Positions 10,346 through 20,815 are shown, counted from the stretch's first letter. The stretch is 64,000 nt of DNA from Planctomycetota bacterium (GCA_044225365.1 JBGAIQ010000003.1:160001-224000), one strand, 5' to 3'. Notes: a model not told the origin generated them from the letters alone. Numbers and translations are program-made.

Positions 10346-11980
10346 TCAAGAATTGGTGATGCCGTGCTGCGCGTCGAAGCGCGCGGTCCAGGTCTCGACC
10401 CACAGGTCGCGCACAGCGTTGTTGCGACGCACGCGCATGCCATCGAGCGAGCGAATCGTCACTCCGGAGAGGAGGACGGCGATCATCGCCATCGCGGCGA
10501 ACGCTCGCATCGCGCCATCGACGATCACCTCGCGCCGGCGATACTTCGCCGAAACGAGCGCGGGAACGAGCAGGAATGGCGCACCGAGAAGCGGAAGGAG
10601 GAGGAGGATCGCATTGGGCTCGGAGAGGCCGGTCAGCACGCGATCGATGCCGCCTCCGCGATCGAACGGCGCGATTCCGCTCCCAACGAGGAAGAAGAAC
10701 GAGAGCGCGGGCACGCCCAGGACGACGAAACGGAAGAACCCGGGGATCATGACGCGCGCGCCCTCGCTCCTGGCTCGCCGCGAGGTGATCCAGGTCGCTG
10801 CCGTGATCGCGAGTGCGAGCAGGGACCACCATACGAGGATCGACTGGGCGGCGATGAACGAATCGAGCGTGCGTGTCCGCTCGAGTTCGCGATGCGCGGT
10901 TTCCAATCGACGCAGCACCTGCACGACGAACTCCGGCACCCCGAGCGCAACGCGGTCCGCACGTTCGACACGACTCATCGAGTCGGGATTGAGACCCTCC
11001 CGCGGGAGTGATCGGAGCTTCGCATCGATCATGGAGCGTCGCGCGGACTCGTCGCGCGGGATGAGACGCGGCACGAGAACGGTCATCTCGTCGAGGAACG
11101 CGGTGTCGGCGTGCGTCGCATCGAGCGCGTCCTCGACGAGGAACGTCGAATTGGCCAGGGCGCGGCCGATGGCGTGCAGAGCCATGTACCCTTCGAACCA
11201 GCGATTCTCGTCGTTGGCGAATCGCGTCCCGCCCTTGCGGACGAGATCTCGCGCGAGCGCCTCCAGTTCCTGACCGGGACGCAGCATCGCCGCACCGTAC
11301 CCACCGCGCGTCAGGAGTTCCTCGGCCCGAGATCGCGCGACACCGCGGCGCGTGAGGAAATCGACCGTCACGTGGAATCGCTCGCGAAGCGCCGAATCGA
11401 TCCGCTCCGCTCGCGCGGCGAGCGCCAGGGCATCACGAGCCTCTTCGACGCGGTCGGCCGCGAGAGCGATCTCGGCCGCGAGGAGTTGCGGATGCCCGTT
11501 CTCGGGATCGACATCGATCGAACGCTGGATCGACTCGATGAGCGCGGCGTCGACGTCGAGATCGGGCAGGCGCGCCTGCTGCGACAACCACATCAGCGTG
11601 CGCAACGCATCCTGATGCGTGGCGAGGGCGAGCCGGTCATCGGGATGAGAATCGACGAGCGCGCTGGTCCCATCCGTCAGATCGTGAGCGACCTCCGGAG
11701 CGTCGTCACGCAGTTCGATGAGGATCGAGAGCCGCAAGAGTTCGGCGGCCGCGACCCGGTCGTGGAGCGAGAGCGTTTCGTCGAACAGCGCGGTGCGGAA
11801 CTCCTGCGCGCGGTCGGCGAGCTCCCAGCGCGAGGAACGCGAAACGACGTCCGCGCTCGACTTCGACGGCGGCGTGAGGATCGCACCGGCATGACGAAGC
11901 GACGTGAGTCCGGTCTCGCACCACGCGAGGGCGAATCCACTCAGCACCACGACGCCGAATCCGTACGGCCAACCTCGCAT
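10346..11980 (-). CDS. Hypothetical membrane protein: N-terminal anchor, TPR-like helical domain, about 4 C-terminal TMs
   Basis: SIDVDPENGHPQLLAAEIALAADRVEEARDAL is TPR-like; hydrophobic C-terminal helices; start uncertain. Confidence 0.6.
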   Translation of the reverse strand: MRGWPYGFGVVVLSGFALAWCETGLTSLRHAGAILTPPSKSSADVVSRSSRWELADRAQEFRTALFDETLSLHDRVAAAELLRLSILIELRDDAPEVAHDLTDGTSALVDSHPDDRLALATHQDALRTLMWLSQQARLPDLDVDAALIESIQRSIDVDPENGHPQLLAAEIALAADRVEEARDALALAARAERIDSALRERFHVTVDFLTRRGVARSRAEELLTRGGYGAAMLRPGQELEALARDLVRKGGTRFANDENRWFEGYMALHAIGRALANSTFLVEDALDATHADTAFLDEMTVLVPRLIPRDESARRSMIDAKLRSLPREGLNPDSMSRVERADRVALGVPEFVVQVLRRLETAHRELERTRTLDSFIAAQSILVWWSLLALAITAATWITSRRARSEGARVMIPGFFRFVVLGVPALSFFFLVGSGIAPFDRGGGIDRVLTGLSEPNAILLLLPLLGAPFLLVPALVSAKYRRREVIVDGAMRAFAAMAMIAVLLSGVTIRSLDGMRVRRNNAVRDLWVETWTARFDAQHGITNS

Positions 11981-12089
11981 CGACTCCGCGCTCTCCGCAT
12001 GGACGGACACCGGCACGAAAGCGGATGATAAAGGATCTCGACGCCGCGCGTGGATCCGTTTTTGGTACGGATGCACCCGAGTGGAGTCC

Positions 12090-13277
12090 ATGAACCCCGT
12101 GTCGCGAGCCCTCGTCTTCCTCGTCGCTGCGATCGTCGCCGCGGGATTGCATTCCCTCGGCGTGCTCGAAGCGTTGGAGCGAACCTGTCAGGATCGACTC
12201 GTGCAGCTCGCCCCCCACCTTCGCGCCGACGAGGCCTTTCCGGTCGCCGCGTTTCGAGTCGATGACGCGACCGGGGCGAAGTCCATCTCCGCCGCGCAAG
12301 CGATCGAGGCGCTGAAACGACTCGGCCGAATTCGCTGCTCGACCGCCGTGATCGCGCTGCCCGATCCCGTGCCCGCCGACTATGCGACCGCCGCCCAAGC
12401 ACTCGCACGAGCGCTCGCGCCGATCGGACGCACGGTCCTCGTCCTCGGCAGAGGGGATCGTCCCGCGCCACCCTCCGCGCGCCTCGTGCGGGAAGGCCGC
12501 GGACCGGATCTCGTGAAGGGTCCCGGGATCGCGGACATCTCGTCGCTCCACGAGTTCGTCGACACGGCGACGCGTACGTCCGTTGCCGACATCGAGCCCG
12601 ACGGCGACGGAGTCGTTCGTGAATTCGCCGTCGCCTATGGCCCGCTCGCAGAGACGACTCCGTCGCTCCCCGTCGCCGTCGCGGCCTGCACGCTGAAGGA
12701 ATCGTCCCTTCGCTTCTCGCCGGATCTCATGACGCTCGAGTCGTTCGGGGGTCGAGACATCGACATCGCCGCTCCCAACACGCTGCGCTTCAAGATGCAT
12801 CGCGAGCGCATTTTCCGGCCGGTACCGCTCGAGGCCGGAGCACTCGACGCGATCGCCGTCGACAGCGACTCCCGCGATGCGAGGTTTCCCGTCGTGTTCG
12901 TGGCGTTCGCGGGTTCGCCGTTGCTCGACGAGCTAACTACGCCGCTTCGCGATCTTCGAACCGGTCTCGAGATCGTCGCGGACGCGACGAACGACCTCCT
13001 CGCCGGCGACACGCTCCACGAGCCGGCGTGGCGCATCACGCGCGCGATCATCGTGATCGTTCCATTCGTCCTCGGCGTCGCACCCCTTTTCGTGCGGCGT
13101 CGGCGAACGCTCGCGCTGCTGCTGGCCGCCAGCTACGCACTCACCACCTGCCTCGCCGCGTCGCTCCTCTCACTGCTGCTCCCGATCGCTCCGATCGGGA
13201 TCGCGCTGCTCCTCGGCACGGTGGGGTCGTGGCTCCTCGGCATCAATGGCCGAGGATCGGGTAGCACTCCCAGTTGA
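12090..13277 (+). CDS. CHASE2 sensor domain protein with 3 C-terminal TMs and no output domain
   Basis: N-terminal TM; EPDGDGVVR and DELTTPL...TGLEIVADATNDLL match CHASE2 signatures; stops right after the TMs. Confidence 0.7.
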   Translation: MNPVSRALVFLVAAIVAAGLHSLGVLEALERTCQDRLVQLAPHLRADEAFPVAAFRVDDATGAKSISAAQAIEALKRLGRIRCSTAVIALPDPVPADYATAAQALARALAPIGRTVLVLGRGDRPAPPSARLVREGRGPDLVKGPGIADISSLHEFVDTATRTSVADIEPDGDGVVREFAVAYGPLAETTPSLPVAVAACTLKESSLRFSPDLMTLESFGGRDIDIAAPNTLRFKMHRERIFRPVPLEAGALDAIAVDSDSRDARFPVVFVAFAGSPLLDELTTPLRDLRTGLEIVADATNDLLAGDTLHEPAWRITRAIIVIVPFVLGVAPLFVRRRRTLALLLAASYALTTCLAASLLSLLLPIAPIGIALLLGTVGSWLLGINGRGSGSTPS

Positions 13278-13902
13278 GATCGTCGAAGTGCCACCACTCG
13301 GTGGCGAGCGGAACGAAGCCCTCTGCGACCATCGCATCCTCCAGCGTCTTGCGATTCGCGAGCGCTTCCTTCGGAAGATCGAGGAATTCGCGGTGCGCCT
13401 TCTCGGAGAACTCGTCGTGGTCGGTCGGCATCACGAGGGGATGCCCCGCCGAATCGACCAACGTGACGTCGACCGCCGCGCCTCGATTGTGTCGCGATCC
13501 CTTCTTCGGATCGGCCACGTAGCGTTCGTCGTGGACGATCGCCCACATCGCTTCCTGCACCGACACCGGGCGATACGCGTCCCAGACCAGGAGTCCGAGC
13601 CCCTTCGCGTGAAGGCGCGCGTTCACTCGCGCAAGGCGCATCGCCACCGAGTCGCGCAGGAGCGCTACGTCGCTGGTGTAGAGGACTTGGTGCGTGAAGT
13701 TCCGCGTCGTCGCATAGCGCAGGTCCACCTTCAACGTCGGATCGACGTCGAGGAGCGGCACGAGCGTCTCCTTCGCCAGCTTCTCGCACTCGACCGCGCT
13801 CGCTCTCGTGGTCGACGGCGACGAAGTGGAGTCCTTCTCCGGCGCCCGCGAGGCGCAAGCGAAAGTCGTGAGCATCAGAACGACCAGGGATCGCCGAATC
13901 AT
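13243..13902 (-). CDS. ddpX: D-alanyl-D-alanine dipeptidase (M15D, VanX/DdpX), probable lipoprotein
   Basis: DLRYATTRNF, WDAYRP, SRHNRGAAVD, EWWHF; lipobox TFAC. Confidence 0.92.
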   Translation of the reverse strand: MIRRSLVVLMLTTFACASRAPEKDSTSSPSTTRASAVECEKLAKETLVPLLDVDPTLKVDLRYATTRNFTHQVLYTSDVALLRDSVAMRLARVNARLHAKGLGLLVWDAYRPVSVQEAMWAIVHDERYVADPKKGSRHNRGAAVDVTLVDSAGHPLVMPTDHDEFSEKAHREFLDLPKEALANRKTLEDAMVAEGFVPLATEWWHFDDLNWECYPILGH

Positions 13903-15017
13903 CGAGTTCCTTTCGACGGGTTGTCACGCGGCAGCAGGATGTACGCCGTTCCACCGCGGAGCATCCAGACGACGTCCAGTTGATCCTTGCGATAGACGCG
14001 CTTGCCTTGCTCGGGATCGGCAACCGCCGGATCGTTCACACGCAGATCGCCGTGGGCGTCGAAGCCCGTGAGCACGATGAGATGCCCGGACGTCTCGTGG
14101 TACGGCGCGCCGTCGAGCTGCCCCGCTTTCACCCCGATCGACGCGATGATCGGCTGCCCCGCTTCGAGGTTTTCATAGACCGCGTTCCAATCATCGAAGC
14201 GAGTGAGGTACCCGGGCACGCCGAACGCGAAGGCGCATTGCACCGAGCGCGGCCAGTTGCCGTAGAGATCGTTCTGTTCGTCGTAGGCCGCGGCCGCGAC
14301 ATCCGCCGGCGACCGATCCACTCCGCGGTACGCGAGCACCATCGAGAGCGATGTCGGAGAGCAGATCCGACCCGCGAGTTCGCCGCCCGCGGACTTCTGA
14401 CTGCGGAACGGGACGGAGAGATCGACGGCCGACGGCGCGGCACGGGGCGCGAGCGCGGCCGAGCCCGTCGCGCCCCCTCGCTGCGTGAACGTGAGACCGT
14501 AGCGCTCGAGCCGGCATTCACCGGCCACGCCGACCACCGCGGTGAACCGCAATCTCGCGGCCGCGAAACGATGCTCGCCGCGCGCGCGGAAGAAGTCGAC
14601 ATCGATGCGACCGCCATCGAACTCGAGAACGCAGGGATGGGCGTCGAGCGCGACTCCCTTTCCCCACGTACCGATCTCGAGCCAAGGGGACTCCGACGCA
14701 TCGGCCTCGTCCTTCCTCACCTGGACCTCGACGCGAAACGCCGCGCCCGCGACGTTCCACGAGCAGAGGAGTTCATCGAACGGGAACGGCGCCTTCGCCC
14801 ATGGCGTCACGTAGATGGCGTCCCCGAACGACTGCGGGAGCTCGGAAGGCGCGGCGGCGCGGTCGAAGAGGATCGTCGCATGGCGCGGGCGCTGCATGGT
14901 CACGGCCTCCCTCGTCCCCTCCGCGCGGCACGCCGACAACGCAATCACCGCGGCCGGAATCACGACCGCGACGAGATGCGCAAGATGGCGCGCGAGGGTT
15001 TTTCGATCGTTTCGCAA
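13899..15017 (-). CDS. Peptidase C39-like family lipoprotein
   Basis: VPFRSQ, Cys in ICSPTSLSMVL, His in SGHLIVL, Asp in VNDPA; LSAC lipobox; stop overlaps the ddpX ATG. Confidence 0.82.
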   Translation of the reverse strand: MRNDRKTLARHLAHLVAVVIPAAVIALSACRAEGTREAVTMQRPRHATILFDRAAAPSELPQSFGDAIYVTPWAKAPFPFDELLCSWNVAGAAFRVEVQVRKDEADASESPWLEIGTWGKGVALDAHPCVLEFDGGRIDVDFFRARGEHRFAAARLRFTAVVGVAGECRLERYGLTFTQRGGATGSAALAPRAAPSAVDLSVPFRSQKSAGGELAGRICSPTSLSMVLAYRGVDRSPADVAAAAYDEQNDLYGNWPRSVQCAFAFGVPGYLTRFDDWNAVYENLEAGQPIIASIGVKAGQLDGAPYHETSGHLIVLTGFDAHGDLRVNDPAVADPEQGKRVYRKDQLDVVWMLRGGTAYILLPRDNPSKGTR

Positions 15018-15092
15018 GACGAGGTTGGCATCCTAACGGGGTTTTCTGAAGGAACGAGCGGTCGCTCACGAAGCGACTCATCACGATCCCCC

Positions 15093-15872
15093 ATGCCCCG
15101 CACGCTCGAAATCGAAGGCCTCGAGCTACGCATCTTCCCGGCGCGGAACGACGCCGAGCTCGCTGCCGCCGACCGCCTCGCAGACCTCGCGGGCGAACGC
15201 GCGCGCCGCGGCCTTTCCTGCGTTCTCGGCCTCGCCACCGGCAAGACGCCGATCGGGATCTACCGCGAGCTCGTCCGCCGCCATCGCGCGCGAGACTTCT
15301 CCTTCGGAAACGTCGAGACCTTCAACCTCGACGAGTACTGGCCGATCGACTTGAAAGCCCGCGGCAGTTTCCACCGCTTCATGCACGAGCATCTCTTCGA
15401 CCACGTCGACATCCCGCGCGGCAAGCGACACGTTCCGAATGGATCCGTCCCTGCGGCGGAGATCCCGAAGCAATGCCGCGACTACGAGGACGCGATCTCT
15501 CGCGCGGGCGGCATCGACCTGCAGCTCCTCGGGATCGGCCGCAACGGACACATTGGATTCAACGAACCCGGTTCGGATGCGGCGAGTCGCACTCGTCTCG
15601 TCGAGTTGACGGAAGAAACGGTCAACGACAATCGCGCGGACTTCGACGATCCCTCCAAGATGCCGACCCACGCGCTCACGATGGGCATCGCGACGATTCT
15701 CGAAGCGCGCGAACTGCTCGTGCTCGCGTTTGGTGCGCAGAAGGCCGGGATCGTGCGCGATTCTCTGAGGGGACCGATCTCGCCCCGGCTCCCCGCCTCG
15801 TTCCTGCGCATCGGCGCCAAGGATCGCAAGGTGACCGTGTTCCTCGATGAGGCTGCGGCGGCGGGAGTCTGA
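15093..15872 (+). CDS. nagB: Glucosamine-6-phosphate deaminase
   Basis: LGLATGKTP, TFNLDEY, LLGIGRNGHIGFNEPG, ALTMGIATIL. Confidence 0.95.
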   Translation: MPRTLEIEGLELRIFPARNDAELAAADRLADLAGERARRGLSCVLGLATGKTPIGIYRELVRRHRARDFSFGNVETFNLDEYWPIDLKARGSFHRFMHEHLFDHVDIPRGKRHVPNGSVPAAEIPKQCRDYEDAISRAGGIDLQLLGIGRNGHIGFNEPGSDAASRTRLVELTEETVNDNRADFDDPSKMPTHALTMGIATILEARELLVLAFGAQKAGIVRDSLRGPISPRLPASFLRIGAKDRKVTVFLDEAAAAGV

Positions 15873-16217
15873 CGCAGCGTCGCGTCCCGCGCGCAGGGCA
15901 TTGTTCCGAGTGATCGCGATCCTTAGAACGGCTCCCGCCGGCGGGCACCGGCACGTTCTGTTTCGGATCTAGGCAGTACAACCTGAAATTCGAGAGGAGC
16001 TACGGCATGTCCCGGAGCTCGTTCGCGGTTCCGTTCGCCGCGACCCGATCTGTTTGCACGACCCTCGGCGCGGAGGCTCGTGTCGTTCCCGTCACCGAAG
16101 TCCCTATCCGGGGTGATCGACCTCGAAGGCGTCCCCACTCCCACTTCTTCTCCCAATTCTCCATCGGTTCGACCTCGCCTCGTTGGGGGATGACTCGAGC
16201 TTCGTCGGAGTCGACCG

Positions 16218-17894
16218 ATGGAACCTGAAGTCGACGCAACGACTCGAGGGGCCGATCGGCCAGCGCCATCGTCCGTTCAGATGCGGATCCCGGCGGTGCC
16301 GATCGCCTTGACGATCGTTTTCGCCCTGTTCACCTTGGCACGGCCGGTCTCAGGGAACGTGCGGCTCATCGAAACGATCGTCGCCCTCGCTTCGGGCCTG
16401 TTCGTCTGGGAAGCCGTCCTCGTCCTGCACTACCGTCGGACGGGCAGCCGTTTCCGCGTCGAACCGACGATCGTGAAGTCGCACTATGTTCAGGCCGGAG
16501 TGCAATTCTGTGTGTACGTGTATTGGGGATGGCATTGGAAGGAAATCGGGGCGCACGTCCCTCTGCTCCTCGCGCAGGTCGTATTTCTCTATAATTTCGA
16601 GGCGCTACTGTCCTATTCGCGGGGAAGGAGCTGGCGCCCCGGTTTCGGCCCGCTGCCGATCGTCTTCAGTACGAACCTGCTTCTTTGGTTCCGACACGAT
16701 TGGTTCTATCTGCAATTCGCGATGATCGTCCTCGGCGCCCTCGGCAAGGAGTTCATCAAGTGGGAACGGGACGGCAAGCGAACGCACATCTTCAACCCCT
16801 CGGTGTTCGGGCAGAGCCTCATGGCCATTGTCTTGATCGCAGCCGGCGCGACGAGCCGCCTCACGCGAGGCGAGGAGATGGCGTACTCCTTCGAATCCCT
16901 GCCCCACATGCTCGTCGTCTTGTTCCTCCTCGGGCTCGTGGTTCAGTACAATTTCGCCGTCACTCTGATGACGATGTCCGCGACGGCGGTGCTCTGTCTC
17001 GTGAACCTCGCCTATACGCACTTCGTCGGAACGTACTACTTCACGACGATCACGATCGGCGCCACGATCTTCCTGGGACTGCACCTGCTGGTCACCGACC
17101 CGTCGACATCCCCCAGGACCAACGTCGGTCGAGTGCTGTTCGGCGCCTCTTACGGACTCGGCTATGCAGCGCTGTATCGAGTACTCGGCGACGCCGGCGT
17201 GCCGATCTTCTGGGACAAGCTGCTCGCGGTTCCCCTATTGAATCTGTGCGTCCCCCTCCTCGATGGGGTCGCTCGATCTGGAATCGTCGGCAGGGTGAAT
17301 TCAGCTTGGGAGAGCGCCCTGCGGCCCCGAACGATGAACCTGGTCCACATGTCGCTCTGGGTGGTGATGTTCCTCACGATCGTATGGACCGGATTCGCGG
17401 CCGGACCGAAAGAGGCTCGCTCCATCGCGTTCTGGTACAAGGCGTATGAAGAGGGGCGATATCACGCCGGCGAGACGCTCCTCGAGATGGTGAAATACGG
17501 AGTGTCGCGAAATTCCGGTGAGGCCTGCAATCTCCTCGGAAAACTATATCTCGAAGGAAAGCTCGTCGAGAAGGACGATGCCAAAGCAGCTCTATATTTC
17601 GCAAAGGCATGCGAACTAGGATTCGGTTTGGGCTGCGAGAACGTCGTCTGGCAGTATCTCACCCAGCGCAGAACGCAGTCGCCGGAGGATCTGGCACGAG
17701 CCATCGATCTCCTCGAACGAACCTTGCAGGATCACCCGGAGGGTTCGAACTTCTTCCTCGTCGGAATCGCTTACGAGATGGGAATCGGTCGGCCAACGAA
17801 CAAGCTGCGAGCTCTCGCGCTCTATCGAGAAGGTTGCAGTCGCGGCAACGCCGACTGCTGCACGGGACTCTCGCGAGTCCGCGGTCAGGGGTGA
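16218..17894 (+). CDS. RnfD/NqrB-like (UnbU-type) membrane protein with C-terminal Sel1 repeats
   Basis: HIFNPSVFG and LVTDPSTSPRT motifs; Sel1-like ACNLLGKLYLEG...KAALYFAKACELG and ALALYREGCSRGNADCC. Confidence 0.7.
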   Translation: MEPEVDATTRGADRPAPSSVQMRIPAVPIALTIVFALFTLARPVSGNVRLIETIVALASGLFVWEAVLVLHYRRTGSRFRVEPTIVKSHYVQAGVQFCVYVYWGWHWKEIGAHVPLLLAQVVFLYNFEALLSYSRGRSWRPGFGPLPIVFSTNLLLWFRHDWFYLQFAMIVLGALGKEFIKWERDGKRTHIFNPSVFGQSLMAIVLIAAGATSRLTRGEEMAYSFESLPHMLVVLFLLGLVVQYNFAVTLMTMSATAVLCLVNLAYTHFVGTYYFTTITIGATIFLGLHLLVTDPSTSPRTNVGRVLFGASYGLGYAALYRVLGDAGVPIFWDKLLAVPLLNLCVPLLDGVARSGIVGRVNSAWESALRPRTMNLVHMSLWVVMFLTIVWTGFAAGPKEARSIAFWYKAYEEGRYHAGETLLEMVKYGVSRNSGEACNLLGKLYLEGKLVEKDDAKAALYFAKACELGFGLGCENVVWQYLTQRRTQSPEDLARAIDLLERTLQDHPEGSNFFLVGIAYEMGIGRPTNKLRALALYREGCSRGNADCCTGLSRVRGQG

Positions 17895-18041
17895 CCGTAC
17901 GTTCCAATGGTGGATCGCAACGAGTAGCGTGGGTCCTGCCTTCGCGCTCGGTCGAGACCGAGCGCATCCTCCCGTCCGATGGCGGCGGCCGCCGCGCCAA
18001 CCCGGGTCGACCCGCGTGACCCCGATCCCAACGACCAAGAG

Positions 18042-20723
18042 TTGCATTTGACCGACATCTCGCTCGTGAGCACGATCGCGGCCGCATTCACGGGCGCCTG
18101 GCTGCTCGGCCTCGCCACCCAGAAGCTCCGACTGTCGCCGATCGTCGGGTACTTGCTCGCGGGAGTGCTGATCGGCCCCTATACGCCGGGTTTCGTCGGC
18201 GATGTCGGGGTCGCGAATCAACTCGCCGAGGTCGGCGTCATCCTGCTCATGTTCGGTGTCGGACTCCATTTCCACGTGCGCGATCTGCTCGCCGTGAAGG
18301 CCGTCGCGCTCCCGGGAGCGATCGGCCAGGGTCTCGTCGCGACGCTTCTCGGTTTCTTGATCTTCACCCGACTCGGGGAGTCTGCCGCGTCCAGCCTCGT
18401 CCTCGGGGTGGCCTTTGCGGTCGCGAGTACCGTCGTCTTGATGCGGGTCCTGATGGATGCCGAGGCCCTCGAATCTCCCGCGGGTCACGTCGTCGTCGGT
18501 TGGCTCCTCGTCGAGGACGTGTTGACCGTCATCGTCCTCGTGCTGATCCCGACGCTCGGGACGAGCGCGATCACGCAAGGCGGTCTCGCATCGTCCAGTT
18601 CCATTCCGTCCGACATCTCGCCCTGGCTTCGCGCCGGGATCGCGATCGCGAAGCTCAGTGCGTTCGTCGCGGTCGTGGGCTTCGTCGGGCCGCGACTCAT
18701 TCCGTGGGTGCTCGTGCGGGTCGCGCGCCTGCGCTCCCGTGAGCTCTTCACACTCACCGTCCTCGTCATGTCCATCGCCGTCGCGACGGCGTCGTACGAG
18801 TTCTTCGGCGCCTCCGTCGCGCTCGGCGCGTTCCTCGGCGGGATGTTGGTGTCGCTCTCCCCGCTCGCCCACCAGGCCGCGGCGGACGCGCTGCCGCTGC
18901 GCGATGCTTTCTCCGTGCTCTTCTTCGTCTCGGTCGGGATGCTCTTCGATCCCGCGGTGTTGATCCGTGAGCCCGCGATGCTCGCCGCGGCGCTCGCCAT
19001 CGTGCTCGTCGCCAAGCCGCTCGCCGCGCTTGCGATCGTCGCGATCCTCGGCGGCTCGTCGCACACCGCGCTCACGGTCGCCATCGGCCTCGCGCAGATC
19101 GGCGAGTTCTCGTTCATCCTCTCGGAATCGGCACGCACGCACGGATTGCTCTCCGAATCGGGACATCACGTGCTGGTGGCGACCGCGATCCTGACGATCA
19201 CGTTGAACCCCATTCTGTTTCGCACGCTGCCGTCGATCGAAGCGTGGCTCGAGCGGCACCCGCGACTCCATCGCTTTGCGAACGCACGCTCGCGGCGCGA
19301 CGGGCTCTCGAAAGGCCACGCGACGGCCGCCGCGCACGCGGTGCCCGCCGACTCGGGGCGACGCGTCGGCATCGTCGTCGGATACGGACCCGTGGGACGC
19401 GCCGTCGATCGATTCCTGCGCGAAGGAGGGCTCGACACCGTCGTCGTGGATCTCAACATCGATACGGTCGCGGAACTGCAGAAGGCCGGCCGACCCTCCG
19501 TGTATGGAGACGCTTCGCGTTCCGAGGTCCTCGAGCGCGCCGGTGTCGCCAAGGCCACCCACCTCGTGCTGACGGTCCCACGCTCCGACGTTCGGCACGC
19601 CGTCATCGCCCTCGCCCGCAGTCTGAATGGCGCGCTGCGAATCTACGTTCGCGCTTTCTACCTCTCCGAGCGTCCTCAACTCGAAGTCCTCGGCGTTACC
19701 GCAGCGGTCTACGAGGAGACGGAGAGTGCCGTGGCGCTCGCTCGCCTCGTGCTCGCCGATTCCGGAACGCGCGGGATCGCGATGGAGGATCGCGTGCTCG
19801 AACTCCGTCTGCGAATCCTCCTCGACGACCCCGCGTGGATCGGAAGACGACCCGTGCACGAGGTCATGATCCCATGGAACGGCGTCGAGCGGATCTCCTC
19901 GAACGCGGGCGCATCGGTCGTGAGTCGCACTCTGCGCGATTCCGCGCTCGACGCGCTCGTGGTCGTGGACTCCGCGAACGACGATCCCATCGGAATGTTG
20001 CTCCCGCGTGATTCCGATGCGGTGAACGCAGCGGGCGCCGATTGGGCCCTAAAGACTCGGCATCTCGAGCGGATCGCTCCCGACTCGACGATTCGCGACG
20101 CGCTCGCCGCGCTCTCTTCGCAGGCGTGCGACGGCCTGCTCGTTCCGGGAAGCGGCACGATCCTCGGCCTCGTGACGAAGGAGGTCGTCCTGCGAAATGC
20201 ATCCGGACCCGTCACTTCGAAGGTGATCTCCGTCGACGGGTCGCTCCTCCTCGACCTGGTCTCGGAGGAGACCATCGTCCCGCGACTTCAGGCCGAATCG
20301 CTCGAGGATGCGATCGTGGAGCTCGCCCGGACGATCGCTCCGTCGAAGCTGCCCGCGGACGTCGACGTCGCCTCGCTCTCGCTCGCGCGCGAGCGAGAGC
20401 TGTCGACGGACATCGGGAAGGGAGTCGCGATTCCGCACGCGCGAGTTCGGGGGCTCGAGACCTCGATCGTCGTCGTCGGCCGCTCGGAATCGGGCCTGCC
20501 GACCGACACTCCGTATTCCGAACCCATTCACCTCGTCTTCCTGCTCGTCACGCCCTCCGATCGACCGGATCAGCAAATGCGAATCCTGTCGCGCGTGGCT
20601 CGCCTCGTCGGGAGCGCCGAGATTCGCGGGCGCTTGGTCGAGGCCCGCACGATTCCCGCGATCCTCGAGATCCTCGGGGATGCGGATCGAGCCATTCGCG
20701 AACGAGACTCCGATCCCGGCTGA
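18042..20723 (+). CDS. CPA2 cation:proton antiporter (YbaL/RosB/Kef-like) + RCK/TrkA-N + CBS pair + PTS EIIA domain
   Basis: LSPIVGYLLAG, LMFGVGLHF, GWLLVED, GLAQIGEFSFIL; VVGYGPVG; VHEVMIPW...; STDIGKGVAIPHAR; TTG start chosen. Confidence 0.88.
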   Translation: MHLTDISLVSTIAAAFTGAWLLGLATQKLRLSPIVGYLLAGVLIGPYTPGFVGDVGVANQLAEVGVILLMFGVGLHFHVRDLLAVKAVALPGAIGQGLVATLLGFLIFTRLGESAASSLVLGVAFAVASTVVLMRVLMDAEALESPAGHVVVGWLLVEDVLTVIVLVLIPTLGTSAITQGGLASSSSIPSDISPWLRAGIAIAKLSAFVAVVGFVGPRLIPWVLVRVARLRSRELFTLTVLVMSIAVATASYEFFGASVALGAFLGGMLVSLSPLAHQAAADALPLRDAFSVLFFVSVGMLFDPAVLIREPAMLAAALAIVLVAKPLAALAIVAILGGSSHTALTVAIGLAQIGEFSFILSESARTHGLLSESGHHVLVATAILTITLNPILFRTLPSIEAWLERHPRLHRFANARSRRDGLSKGHATAAAHAVPADSGRRVGIVVGYGPVGRAVDRFLREGGLDTVVVDLNIDTVAELQKAGRPSVYGDASRSEVLERAGVAKATHLVLTVPRSDVRHAVIALARSLNGALRIYVRAFYLSERPQLEVLGVTAAVYEETESAVALARLVLADSGTRGIAMEDRVLELRLRILLDDPAWIGRRPVHEVMIPWNGVERISSNAGASVVSRTLRDSALDALVVVDSANDDPIGMLLPRDSDAVNAAGADWALKTRHLERIAPDSTIRDALAALSSQACDGLLVPGSGTILGLVTKEVVLRNASGPVTSKVISVDGSLLLDLVSEETIVPRLQAESLEDAIVELARTIAPSKLPADVDVASLSLARERELSTDIGKGVAIPHARVRGLETSIVVVGRSESGLPTDTPYSEPIHLVFLLVTPSDRPDQQMRILSRVARLVGSAEIRGRLVEARTIPAILEILGDADRAIRERDSDPG

Positions 20724-20815
20724 GGACGCTCTTCGCGCTCCGAACCGCTCGCTTCGACCTGCGGGACGAGCACGCGTCGCGAAGCGAAGAACGAGATCGA
20801 TCCGCCGAAGAAGAT

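Noticed and set aside
13243-13902. Vancomycin resistance cluster
   Set aside because: No vanH, vanA, vanR or vanS. A lone exported VanX/DdpX homolog is common.
15900-16217. Small ORFs upstream of the RnfD-like gene
   Set aside because: No recognisable motifs or consistent codon bias. Treated as intergenic.
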